A stretch of 64,000 nt of DNA from Camelus dromedarius (Eukaryota). Each line of letters starts with the position of its first letter. The first letter of the stretch is position 1. This document shows positions 24,565 through 37,184 of the stretch, piece after piece. A program made the translations under genes and the position numbers. The stretch lies in NCBI RefSeq assembly GCF_036321535.1, contig NC_087436.1:3844001-3908000 (forward strand). The letters are read 5' to 3'. Under the pieces are notes generated by a model. That model was not told the DNA's origin, ran no database searches, and worked only from the letters and a program-made list of their open reading frames with translations.

Positions 24565-27199
24565 TTCATCTAGCACAAAGGAAAAGGGTTGCTGGAGAAA
24601 CTTTTACTCTTGTTTCTCAGTCTGTAGCCTGTTGCCGGTTTGATGTTCCTGCAGTTTTTACTATTAAAACGAGTTGAAGCTTGTACCTCCCCATATATAT
24701 GTATGGAGTGGAGTTTGCAACTGAAAAGAAACTTTGTGTTCCCAAAAAGCTAGGTGAAGGACGGCTTTCACACACACTTCTCTCTCAGAACTGAGCATGT
24801 GTAGAGACGATCATTCATCTAGCAGAATGGGAACGGGTTGCAGGAGAAACATTTACTCTGGTTTCTCAGTCTGTTTCCTAGTGCCGGTTTAAAGTTCCTG
24901 CACTTTTCACTGTAAAACCGAGTTGGAGCTAGTACCTCCCCATATATATGTATGGATTGGAGTTTGCAACTGAAAAGAAACTTTGTGTTCCCAAAAAGCT
25001 AGGTGAAGGACGGCTTTCACACACACTTCTCTCTCAGAACTGAGCATGTGTAGAGACGATCATTCATCTAGCAGAATGGGAACGGGTTGCAGGAGAAACA
25101 TTTACTCTGGTTTCTCAGTCTGTTTCCTAGTGCCGATTTGAAGTTCCTGCAGTTTTCACTGTAAATCCGAGTTGGAGATAGTACCTCCCCATATATATGT
25201 ATGGAGTGGAGTTTGCAAGTGAAAAGAAACTTTGTTTTCCCAACAAGCTAGGTGAAGGACGGCTTTCACACACACATATCTCTCAGAACTGAGCATGTGG
25301 AGAGACGTTCATTCATATAGCACAAAGGGAACGGTTTGCAGGAGAAACTTTTACTCTGGTTTCTCAGTCTGTTTCCTAGTGCCGTTTTGAAGTTCCTGCA
25401 GTTTTCACTGTAAAACCGAGTTTGAGCTAGTACCTCCCCATATATATGTATGCAGTGGAGTTTCCAAGTGAAAAGAAACTTTGTTTTCCCAACAAGCTAG
25501 GTGAAGGAAGGCTTTCACACACACTTATCTCTCAGAACTGAGCATGTGGAGAGACGTTCGTTAAACTAGCACAAAGGGAACGGGTTGCAGGAGAAACTTT
25601 TACTCTGATTTCTTAGTCTGTTTCCTAGTGCCGGTTTGAAGTTCCTGCAGTTTTCACTGTAAAACCGAGTTTGAGCTAGTACCTCCCCATATATATGTAT
25701 GCAGTGGAGTTTCCAAGTGAAAAGAAACTTTGTTTTCCCAACAAGCTAGGTGGAGGAAGGCTTTCACACACACTTATCTCTCAGAACTGAGCATGTGGAG
25801 AGACGTTCGTTAAACTAGCACAAAGGGAACGGGTTGCAGGAGAAACTTTTACTCTGATTTCTTAGTCTGTTTCCTAGTGCCGGTTTGAAGTTCCTGCAGT
25901 TTTCACTGTAAAACCGAGTTGGAGCTAGTACCTTCACATATATATGTATGGAGTGGAGTTTGCAACTGAAAAGAAACTTTGTGTTCCCAACAAGCTTGGT
26001 GTAGGAAGGCTTTCACACACACTTATCTCTCATAAATGAGCATGAGGAGAGACGTTCGTTCATCTAGCACAAAGGGAACGGGTTGCAGGAGAATCTTTTA
26101 CTCTGGTTTCTCAGTCTGTTTCCTAGTGCCGGTTTGAAGTTCCTGCAGTTTTCACTGTAAAACCGAGTTGGAGCTAGTACCTCCCAATATATATGTATGG
26201 AGTGGAGTCTGCAACTGAAAAGAAACTATGTGTTCCCAACAAGCAAGGTGAAGGACTGCTTTCACACAGAATTATCTCTCAGAACTGAGCATGTGGAGAG
26301 ACTTTCGTTCATCTAGCACAAAGGGAACGGTTTGCAGGAGGAACTGTTACTCTGGATTCTCAGTCTGTTTCCTACTACCGGTTTGAAGATCCTGCAGTTT
26401 TCACTGTAAAACCGAGTTGGAGCTAGTACCACCACATATATATATATGGAGTGGAGTTTGCAACTGAAAAGAAACTTTTTGTTCCCAACAAGCTAGGTGA
26501 AGGACGTCTTTCACACACACTTATCTCTCAGAACTGAGCATGTGGAGAGACGTTCGTTCATCTAGCACAAATGGAACGGGTTGCAGGAGAAACATTTTCT
26601 CTGGTTTCTCAGTCTGTTTCCTAGTGCCGATTTGAAGTTCCTGCACTTTTCACTGTAAAACCGAGTTGGAGCTAGTACCTAACCATATATATGTATGGAT
26701 TGGAGTTTGCAACGGAAAAGAAACTTTGTGTTCCCAACAAGCTAGGTGAAGGACGGCTTTCACACACACTTATCTCTCAGAATTGCGCATGTGGAGAGAC
26801 GTTCGTTCATCTAGCACAAAGGGAAAGAGTTGCAGGAGAAACTTTTACTCTGGTTTCTCAGTCTGTATCCTGTTGCCGGTTTGAAGTTCCTGCAGTTTTC
26901 ACTGTAAAAACGATTTCGAGTTAGTACCTCCCCATATATATATATGGAGTGGAGTTTGCAAGTGAAAAGAAACTTTGTTTTCCCAACAAGCTAGGTGAAG
27001 GACGGCTTTCACACACACTTACCTCTCAGAACTGAGCATTTGGAGAGACGTTCGTTCATCTGGCACAAAGGAAAAGGGTTGCAGGAGAAACTTTTACTCT
27101 TGTTTCTCAGTCTGTAGCCTGTTGCCGGTTTGATGTTCCTGCAGTTTTCACTATAAAACCGAGTTGAAGCTTGTACCTCCCCATATATATGTATGGAGT

Positions 27200-30100
27200 G
27201 GAGTTTGCAACTGAAAAGAAACTTTGTGTTCCCAACAAGCTAGGTGAAGGACGGCTTTCACACACACTTATCTCTCAGAACTGAGCATGTGGAGAGACGT
27301 TCGTTCATGTAGCACAAAGAGAACGGGTTGCAGAAGAAACTTTTACTCTGGTTTCTCAGTCTGTATCCTGTTGCCGGTTTGAAGTTCCTGCAGTTTTCAC
27401 TGTAAAACCGAGTTGGAGCTAGTACCTCGCCATATATATCTATGGAGTGGAGTTTGCAACTGAAAAGAAAATATGTGTTCCCAACAGGCTAGGTGAAGGA
27501 CGGCTTTCACACACACTTATCTCTCAGAACTGAGCATGTGGAGAGACGTTCGTTCATCTAGCACAAAGGAACGGGTTGAAGGAGGAACTTTTACTCTGGT
27601 TTCCCAGTCTGTTTCCAAGTGCCGGTTTGAAGTTCCTGCAGTTTTCACTGTAAAACCGATTTGGAGCAAGTACCTACCCATATATATCTATGGAGTGGAG
27701 TCTGCAACTGAAAAGAAACTATGTGTTCCAACAAGCAAGGTGAATGACTGCTTTCACACACACTTATCTCTCAGAACTGAGCATGTGGAGAGACTTTCGT
27801 TCATCTAGCACAAAGGGAACAGGTTGCAGGAGAAACTTTTACTCTGGATTCTCAGTCTGTTTCCTACTGCCGGTTTGAAGATCCTGCAGTTTTCACTGTA
27901 AAACCGTGTTGGAGCTAGTACCACCACATATATATGTATGGAGTGGAGTTTGCAACTGAAAAGAAACTTTTTGTTCCCAACAAGCTAGGTGAAGGACGTC
28001 TTTCACACACACTTATCTCTCAGAACTGAGCATGTGGAGAGCCGTTCGTTAAACTAGCACAAATGGAACGGGTTGCAGGAGAAACATTTTCTCTGGTTTC
28101 TCAGTCTGAATCCTAGTGCCGGTTTGAAGTTCCTGCAGTTTTCACTGTAAAACCGAGTTGGAGCTAGTACCTAACCATATATATGTATGGACTGGAGATT
28201 GCAACTGAAAAGAAACTTTGTGTTCCCAACAAGCTAGGTGAAGGACGGCTTTCACACACACTTATCTCTCAGAACTGAGCATGTGAAGAGACGTTCGTTC
28301 ATCTAGCACAAAGGGAAAGAGTTGCAGGAGAAACTTTTACTCTGGTTTCTCAGTCTGTATCCTGTTGCCGGTTTGAAGTTCCTGCAGTTTTCACTGTAAA
28401 ACCGTGTTGGAGCTAGTACCTCGCCATATATATCTATGGAGTGGAGTTTGCAACTGAAAAGAAAATTTGTGTTCCCAACAGGCTAGGTGAAGGAAGGCTT
28501 TCACACACACTTATCTCTCAGAACTGAGCATGTGGAGAGACGTTCGTTAAACTAGCACAAAGGGAACGGGTTGCAGGAGAAACTTTTACTCTGATTTCTC
28601 AGTCTGTTTCCTAGTGCCGGTTTGAAGTTCCTGCAGTTTTCACTGTAAAACCGAGTTGGAGCTAGTACCTCCCCATATATATGTATGAAGTGGAGTTTGC
28701 AACTGAAAAGAAACTTTGTCTTCCCAACAAGCTTGGTGAAGGAAGGCTTTCACACACACTTATCTCTCAGAACTGAGCATGTGGAGAGACTTTCGTTTAT
28801 CTAGCACAAAGGGAACGGGTTGCAGGAGAATCTTTTACTCTGGTTTCTCAGTCTGTTTCCTAGTGCCGGTTTGAATTTCCTGCAGTTTTCACTGTAAACC
28901 CGAGTTGGAGCTAGTACCTCCCCATATATATTTATGGAGTGGAGTTTGCAACTGAAAAGAAACTATGTGTCCCAACAAGCTAGATGAAGGACTGCTTTCA
29001 CACACACTTCTCTCTCAGAACTGAGCATGTGGAGAGACGTTCGTTCATCTAGCACAAAGGGAAAGGGTTGCAGGAGAAAATTTTTCTCTGGTTTCACAGT
29101 CTGTATCCTGTTGCCGGTTTGAAGTTCCTACAGTTTTCACTGTAAAACCGAGTTTGAGCTAGTACCTCCCCATATATATGTATGCAGTGGAGTTTGCAAG
29201 TGAAAAGAAACTTTGTCTTCCCAACAAGCTTGGTGAAGGAAGGCTTTCACACACACTTATCTCTCAGAACTGAGCATGTGGAGAGACGTTCGTTCATCTA
29301 GCACAAAGGGAACGGTTTGCAGGAGAAACTTTTACACAGGTTTCTCAGTGTGTTTCCTAGTGCCGGTTTGAAGTTCCTGAAGTTTTCACTTTAAAACTGA
29401 GTTGGAGCTAGTACTTCCCCATATATATGAATGGAGTGGAGTTTGCAAGGGAAAAGAATCTTGTGTTCCCAACAATCTAAGTGAAGGACGGCTTTCACAC
29501 ACACTATCCTCTCAGAACTGAGCATGTTTAGAGACGTACGTTCATCTAGCAAAAAGGGAACGGGTTGCAGGAGAAACTTTTACTCTGGTTTCTCTGTCTG
29601 TTTCCTAGGGCCGGTTTGAAGTTCCTGTAGTTTTTACTGTAAAACAGATTTGGAGCTACTACCACCCCATATATATATATGGAGTGGAGTTTGCAACAGA
29701 AAAGAAACTTTGTGTTCCCAACAAGCTAGGTGAAGGACGGCTTTCACACACACTTATCTCTCAGAACTGAGCATGTGGAGAGACGGTCGTTCATCTAGCA
29801 GAAATGGAACGGGTTGCAGGAGAAACTTTTACTCCGGTTTCTCAGTCTGTTTCCTAGTGCCGGTTTGAAGTTCCTGCAGTTTTCACTTTAAATCCGAGTT
29901 GGAGCTAGTACCTCCCCATATATATGTATGGAATGGAGTTTGCAAGTGAAAAGGAACTTTGTGTTCCTAACAAGCTTAGTGAAGGACGGGTTTCACACAC
30001 ACTTATCTCTCAGAACTGAGCATGTGGAGAGACGTTCGTTCATCTAGCGTAAAGGGAACGGGTTGCAGGAGAAACGTTTACTCTGTTTTCTCAGTTTGTT

Positions 30101-33100
30101 TCCTGTTGCCGGTTTGAATTTCCTGCATTTTTCACTGTAAAACCGAGTTGGAGCTAGTACCTCCCCTTATATATGTATGGAGTGGAGATTGCAACTGAAA
30201 AGAAACTTTGTGTTCCCAACAAGCTAGGTGAAGGACGGCTTTAACACACACTTACCTCTCAGAATTGAGCATGTGGAGAGACGTTCGTTCATCTAGCACA
30301 TAGGGAACGGGTTGCAGAGGAAACTTTTACTCTGGATTCTCAGTCTGTTTCCTACTGCCGGTTTGAAGTTCCTGCAGTTTTCACTATAAAACTGAGTTGG
30401 AGCTAGTACCTCCCCATATATATGTATGGAGTGGAATTTGCAAGTGAAAAGAAACTTTGTGTTCCCAACAAGCTAGGTGAAGGACGGCTTCACACACACT
30501 TATCTCTCAGAACTGAGCATGTGGAGAGACGTTCATTCATCTAGCAAAAATGGAAAAGTTTGCAGGAGAAATTTTACTCTGGATTCTCAGTCTGTTTCCT
30601 AGTGCCGGTTTCAAGTTCCTGCAGATTTCACTGTAAAATCGAGTTGGTGCTATTACCTCCTCATATATACCTATGGAGTGGAGTTAGCAACTGAAAAGAA
30701 ACTTTGTGTTCCCAACAAGCTATGTGAAGAATGGCTTTCACACACACATATCTCTCAGAACTAAGCATGTGGAGAGACGTTCGTTCATCTAGCACAAAGG
30801 GAAAGGGTTGCAGGGGAAACTTTTACTCTGGATTCTCAGTCTCTTTCCTAGTGCCGGTTTGAAGTTCCTGCAGTTTTCACTGTAAAACCGAGTTGGAGTT
30901 AGTACCTCCCCATATATATGTATTGAGTGGATTTTGCAACTGAAAATAAACTTTGTGTTCCCAAGAAGCTAGGTGAAGGACGGCTTTCACACACACTTAT
31001 CTCTTAGAACTGAGCATGTTTAGAGACGTTCGTTCATCTAGCACAAAGGGAACGGTTTGCAGGAGAAACTTTTACTCGGGTTTCTCAGTCTGTTTAATAG
31101 TGCCGGTTTAAAGTTCCTGCAGTTTTCACTGTAAAACCGATTTGGAGCAAGTACCTCCCCATATATATGTATGGATTGGTGATTACAAGTGAAAAGAAAC
31201 TTTGTGTTCCCAACAAGCTAGGTGAAGGACGGCTTTCACACACACTTATCTCTCAGAACTGAGCATGTGGAGAGAGGTTCGTTCATCTAGCTCAAAGGGA
31301 ACGGGTGGCAGGAGAAACTTTTACTCTGGTTTCTCAGTCTGTTTCCTAGTTCCGGTTTGATGTTCCAGCAGTTTTCATTGTAAAACAGATTTGGAGCTTG
31401 TACCTCCCCATATATATGTAAGGAGTGGAGTTTGCAAATGAAAAGAAACTTTGTGTTCCCAACAAGCTACGTGAAGGACGGCTTTCACACACTCATATCT
31501 CTCAGAACTGAGCATGTGGAGAGACGTTCGTTCATCTAGCACAAAGGGAACGGGTTGCAGGAGAAACTTTTACACGGGTTTCTCAGTCTGTTTAATAGTG
31601 CCGGTTTGAAGTTCCTGCAGTTTTCACTGTAAAACCGATTTGGAGCAAGTACCTCCCCATATATATGTATGGATTGGTGATTACAAGTGAAAAGAAACTT
31701 TGTGTTCCAACAAGCTAGGTGAAGGACGGCTTTCACACACACTTATCTCTCAGAACTGAGCATGTGGAGAGAGGTTCGTTCATCTAGCTCAAAGAGAACG
31801 GGTGGCAGGAGAAACTTTTACTCTGGTTTCTCAGTCTGTTTCCTAGTTCCGGTTTGATGTTCCTGCAGTTTTCACTGTAAAACAGATTTGGAACTGGTAC
31901 CTCCCCATATATATGTAAGGAGTGGAGTTTGCAAATTAAAAGAAACTTTGTGTTCCCAACAAGCTAGGTGAAGGACGGCTTTCACACACTCATATCTCTC
32001 AGAACTGAGCATGTGGAGAGACGTTCGTTCATCTAGCACAAAGGGAACGGTTTGCAGGAGAAATTTTTACTCTGGTTTCTCTGTCTGTTTCCTAGTGCCG
32101 GTTTGAAGTTCCTGCAGTTTTCACTGTAAAACTGAGTTGGAGCTAGTACCTCCCCATATATATGTATGGAGTGGAATTTGCCAATGAAAAGAAACTTTGT
32201 GTTCCCAACAAGTTATGTGAAGGACGGCTTTCACACACACTTATCGCTCAGAACTGAGCGTGTGGAGAGACGTTCGTTCATCTAGCACAAATGGAACGGG
32301 TTGCAGGAGGAACTTTTACTCTGGTTTCTCAGTCTGTTTCCTAGTGCCGTTTTGAAGTTCCTGCAGTTTTCACTGTAAAACCGAGTTGGAGCTAGTACCT
32401 CCCCATATATATGTATGGAGTGGATTTTGCAACTGAAAAGAAACTTTGTGTTCCCATCAAGCTATGTGAAGGATGGCTTTCACACACACATATCTCTCAG
32501 AAAAAATCATGTGGAGAAACGTTCGTTCATCTAGCAAAAAGGGAACGGGTTGCAGGAGAAATATTTACTCTGGTTTCTCTGTCTGTTTCCTAGTGCCGGT
32601 TTGAAGTTCCTGCAGTTTTCACTATAAAACTGAGTTGGAGCTAGTACCTCCCCATATATATGTATGGAGTGGAATTTGCAAGTGAAAAGAAACTTTGTGT
32701 TCCCAACAAGTTAGGTGAAGGACGACTTACACACACACATATCCCTCAGAACTGAGCATGTGGAGAGACGTTCGTTCATCTAGCACAAAGGGAACGGGTT
32801 GCAGGAGAAACTTTTACTCTGGTTTCTCAGTCTGTTTCCTGTTGCCGGTTTGACGTTCCTGCAGTTTTCACTGTAAAACCGAGTTGGAGCTAGTACTTCC
32901 ACATATATATGTATGGAGTGGAGTTTGCAAATTGAAAGAAACTTTGTGTTCCCAACAAGCTAGGTGAAGGACGGCTTTCACACACACATATCTCTCTGAA
33001 CTGAGCATGTGGGGAGACTTTCGTTCATCTAGCAAAAAGGGAACGGTCTGCAGGAGAAACTTTTACTCTGGATTCTCCGTCTGTTTCCTAGTTCCGGTTT

Positions 33101-36100
33101 GAAGTTCCTGCAGTTTTCACTGTAAAACAGAGTTGGAGCTAGTACCACGCCATATATATCTATGGAGTGGAAATTGCAACTGAAAAGAAAATTTGTGTTC
33201 CCAACAGGCAAGTTGAAGAGAGGCTTTCACACACAATTATCTCTCAGAACTTAGCATGTGGAGAGACGTTCGTTCATCTAGCACAAATGAACCGGTTGCA
33301 GGTCTAACTTTTACTCTGGTTTCCCAGTCTGTTTCCAAGTGCCGGTATGAAGTTCCTGCAGTTTTCACTGTAAAACCGAGTTGGAGGTAGTACCTCCCCA
33401 TATATATCTATGGAGTGGAGTTTGCAACTGAAAAGAAACATTGTGTTCCCAACAAGCTACGTGAAGCACGGCTTTCACACACACTTATATCTCTGAACAG
33501 AGCATGTGGAGAGACGTTCGTTCATCTAGCACAAAGGGAACTGGTTGCAAGGGAAATTATTACTCTGGTTTCTCAGTCTGTTCCCTAGAGCCAGTTGGAA
33601 GTTCCTACAGTTTTCACTGTAAAACAGAGTTGGAGCTTGTACCTCCCCATATATATGTATTGAGTGGGGTTTGCAACTGAAAAGAAACTATGTTTTCCCA
33701 ACAAGCTAGGTGAAGGACGGCTTTCACACACACTTATCTCTCAGAACTGAGCATGTGGAGAGACGTTCGTTCATCTAGCACAAAGGGAACTTGTTGCAGG
33801 AGAAAATTTTACTCTGGTTTCTCAATCTTTTTCCTAGTGCCGGTTTGAAGTTCCTGCAGTTTTCACTGTAAAATCGAGTTGGAGCTAGTACGTCCCCATA
33901 TATATGTATGGAGTGGATTTTGCAACTGAAAAGAAACTTTGTGTTCCCAAGAAGCTATTTGAAGGACGGCATTCACACACACTTATCTCTCAGAACTGAG
34001 CATGTGGAGAGACGTTCATTCATCTAGCAAAAAGGGATCGGTTTGCAGGAGAAACTTTCACTCTGGATTCTCAGTCTGTTTCCTAGTGCCGGTTTGAAGT
34101 TCCTGCAGTTTTCACTGTAAAACCGAGTTGGACCTAGTACCTCCCCATATATATGTATGGAGTGGAGTTTGCATGTGAAAAGAAACTTTGTGTTCCCAAC
34201 AAGCTTGGTGAAGTACGGCTTTCACACACACTTATCTCTTAGAAATGAGCATGTGGAGAGACGTTCGTTCATCTAGCACAAAGGGAACGGTTTGCAGGAG
34301 GAACTATTACTCTGGTTTCTCAGTCTGTTTCCTAGTGCCGGTTTGAAGTTCCTGCAGTTTTCACTGTAAAACCGAGTTGGAGCTAGTACCTCCCCATATA
34401 TATGTATGGAGTGGATTTTGCAACTGAAAAGAAACTTTGTATTAACAACAAGCTATGTGAAGGATGGCTTTCACACACACTTAGCTCTCAGAACTAAGCA
34501 TGTGTAGAGACGTTCGTTCATCTAGCACAAAGTGAACGTGTTGCAGGAGAAATTATTACTCTGGTTTCTCAGTCTGTTTCCTAGTGCCGGTTGAAGTTCC
34601 TGCAGTTTTCACTGTAAAACCGAGTTGGAGCTAGTACCACCCCATATATATGTATGGAGTGGATTTTGCAACTGAAAACAATCTTTGTGTTCCCAACAAG
34701 CTAGGTGAAGGACGGCTTTCACACACACTTATCTCTCAGAACTGAGCATGTGGAGAGACGTTCGTTCATCTAGCTCAAAGGGAACGGGTTGCAGGAGAAA
34801 CTTTTACTCTGGTTTCTCAGTCTGTTTCCTACTGCCGGTTTGAAGTTCCTGCAGTTTTCACTGTAAAACCGAGTTGGAGCTAGTACCTCCCCATATATAT
34901 GTATGGATTGGAGTTTGCAAATGAAAAGATACTTTGTGTTCCCAACAAGCTAGGTGAAGGACGGCTTTCACACACACATATCTCTCAGAACTGAGCATGT
35001 GGAGAGACGTTCGTTCATCTAGCACAAAGGGAACGGGTTGCAGGAGCAACATTTACTCTGGTTTCTCAGTCTGTTTCCTAGTGCCGGTTTGAAGTTCCTG
35101 CAGTTTTCACTGTAAAACCGATTTGGAGCTTGTACCTCCCCATATATATGTATGGAGTGGAGTTTGCAAATGAAAAGAAACTTTGTGTTCCCTAGAAGCT
35201 AGGTGAAAGACGGCTTTCACACACACATATCTCTCAGAACTGAGCATGTGGAGAGACGTTCGTTCATCTAGCAAAAAGGGAACGGTCTGCAGGAGAAACT
35301 TTTGCTCTGGATTCTCCGGCTATTTCCTAGTGCCGGTTTGAAGTTCCTGCAGTTTTCACTGTAAAACAGAGTTGGTGATATTACCTCCTCATATATATCT
35401 ATGGAGTGGAGTTTGCAACTGAAAAGAAAGTTTGTGTTCCCAACAAGCTAGGTGAAGGACGGCTTTCACACACACTTATCTCTCAGAACTGAGCATGTGG
35501 AGAGACGTTCGTTCATCTAGCTCAAAGGGAACGGGTTGCAGGAGAAACTTTTACTCTGGTTTCTCAGTCTGTTTCCTAGTGCAGGTTTGAAGTTCCTGCA
35601 GATTTCACTGTAAAACCGATTTGGATCTAGTACCTCCCCATATATATGTATGGAGTGGGGTTTGCATGTGAAAAGAAACTTTGTGTTCCCAAAAAGTTTG
35701 GTGAAGGACGGCTTTCACACACACTTATCTCTCAGAACTGAGCATGTGGAGAGACGTTCGTTCAACTAGCACAAAAGGAAGGGGTTGCAGGAGAAACATT
35801 TACTCTGGTATCTAAGTCTGTTTCCTAGGCCCGGTTTGAAGTTACTGCAGTTTTCACTGTAAACCGAGTTGGAGCTATTTCCTCCCCATATATATGTATG
35901 GAGTGGTGTTTGCCCCTGAAAAGAAACGTTGTGTTCCCAACAAGCTAGGTGAAGGACGGCTTTCACACACACTTATCTCTCAGAACTGAGCATGTGGAGA
36001 GACGTTCGTTCATCTAGCACAAAGGGATCGGGTCGCAGGAGAAACTTTTACTCTGGTTTCTCATTCTGTTTCCTAGGCCCAGTTTGAAGTTCCTGCAGTT

Positions 36101-37180
36101 TTCACTGTAAACCGAGTTGGAGCTAGTTCCTCCCCATATATATGTATGGAATGGAGTTTGCAACTTTAAAGAAACTTTGTGTTCCCAACAATCTAGGTTA
36201 AGTACGGCTTTCACACACACTTATATATCAGAACTGAGCATGTGGAGAGACGTTCGTTCATCTAGCATAAAGGGAACGGGTTGCAGGAGAAAATTTTTCT
36301 CTGGTTTCTCAATCCGTTTCCTAGTGCCGGTTTGAAGTTCCTGCAGTTTTCACTGTAAAACAGAGTTGGAGCTAGTACTTCCACATATATATCTATGGAG
36401 TGGAGATTACAACTGAAAAGAAAATTTGTGTTCCCAACAGGCTATGTGAAGGAAGGCTTTCACACACAATTATCTCTCAGAACTTAGCATGTGGAGAGAC
36501 GTTCTTTCATCTAGCACAAAGGAACGGGTTGCAGGTGTAACTTTTACTCTGGATTCCCAGTCTGTTTCCAAGTGCCGGTTTGAAGTTCCTGCAGTTTTCA
36601 CTGTAAAACCGAGTTGGAGCTAGTACCCACCCATATATAACTATGGAGTGGAGTTTGCAACTGAAAAGAATCTTTGTGTTCCCAACAAGCTAGGTGAAGC
36701 ACGGCTTTCACACACACTTATCTCTCAGAACTGAGCATGTGGAGAGACGTTCGTTCATCTAGCACAAAGGGAACGGGTTGAAAGAGAAATTATTACTCTG
36801 GTTTCTCAGTCTGTTCCCAAGTGCCGGTTTGATGTTCCTGCAGTTTTCACTGTAAAAAACGATTTGGAGCTAGAACCTCCCCATATATATATATGGATTT
36901 GAGTTTCAACTGAAAAGAAACTTTGTGTTCCCCACAAGCTAGGTGAAGGACGGCTTTCACTCACACTTATCTCTCAGAACTGAGCATGTGGAGAGACGTT
37001 CATTCATCTAGCAAAAAGGTACGGTTTGCAGGAGAAACTTTTACTCTGGATTCTCAGTCTGTTTCCTAGTGCCGGTTTGATGTTCATGCAGTTTTCACTG
37101 TAAAACCGAGTTGGTGCTAGTACCTCCTCATATATATCTATGGAGTGGAGTTTGCAACTGAAAAGAAACTTTGTGTTCCC
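27200..37180. repeat. Largely monomeric, more heterogeneous satellite zone with only short local duplications
   Basis: No identical ORF pairs occur in this interval and many variants appear private. One clear dimer duplication is present at ~31040-32030. Confidence 0.7.
31040..32030. repeat. 2-monomer (498 bp) tandem duplication
   Basis: 'tgtttaatag' occurs at 31091 and 31589. 'ggattggtgattacaagtg', 'gagaggttcg', 'gggtggcagg' and 'cacactcatatc' each recur one dimer later. Confidence 0.9.
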
Positions 37181-37184
37181 AACA

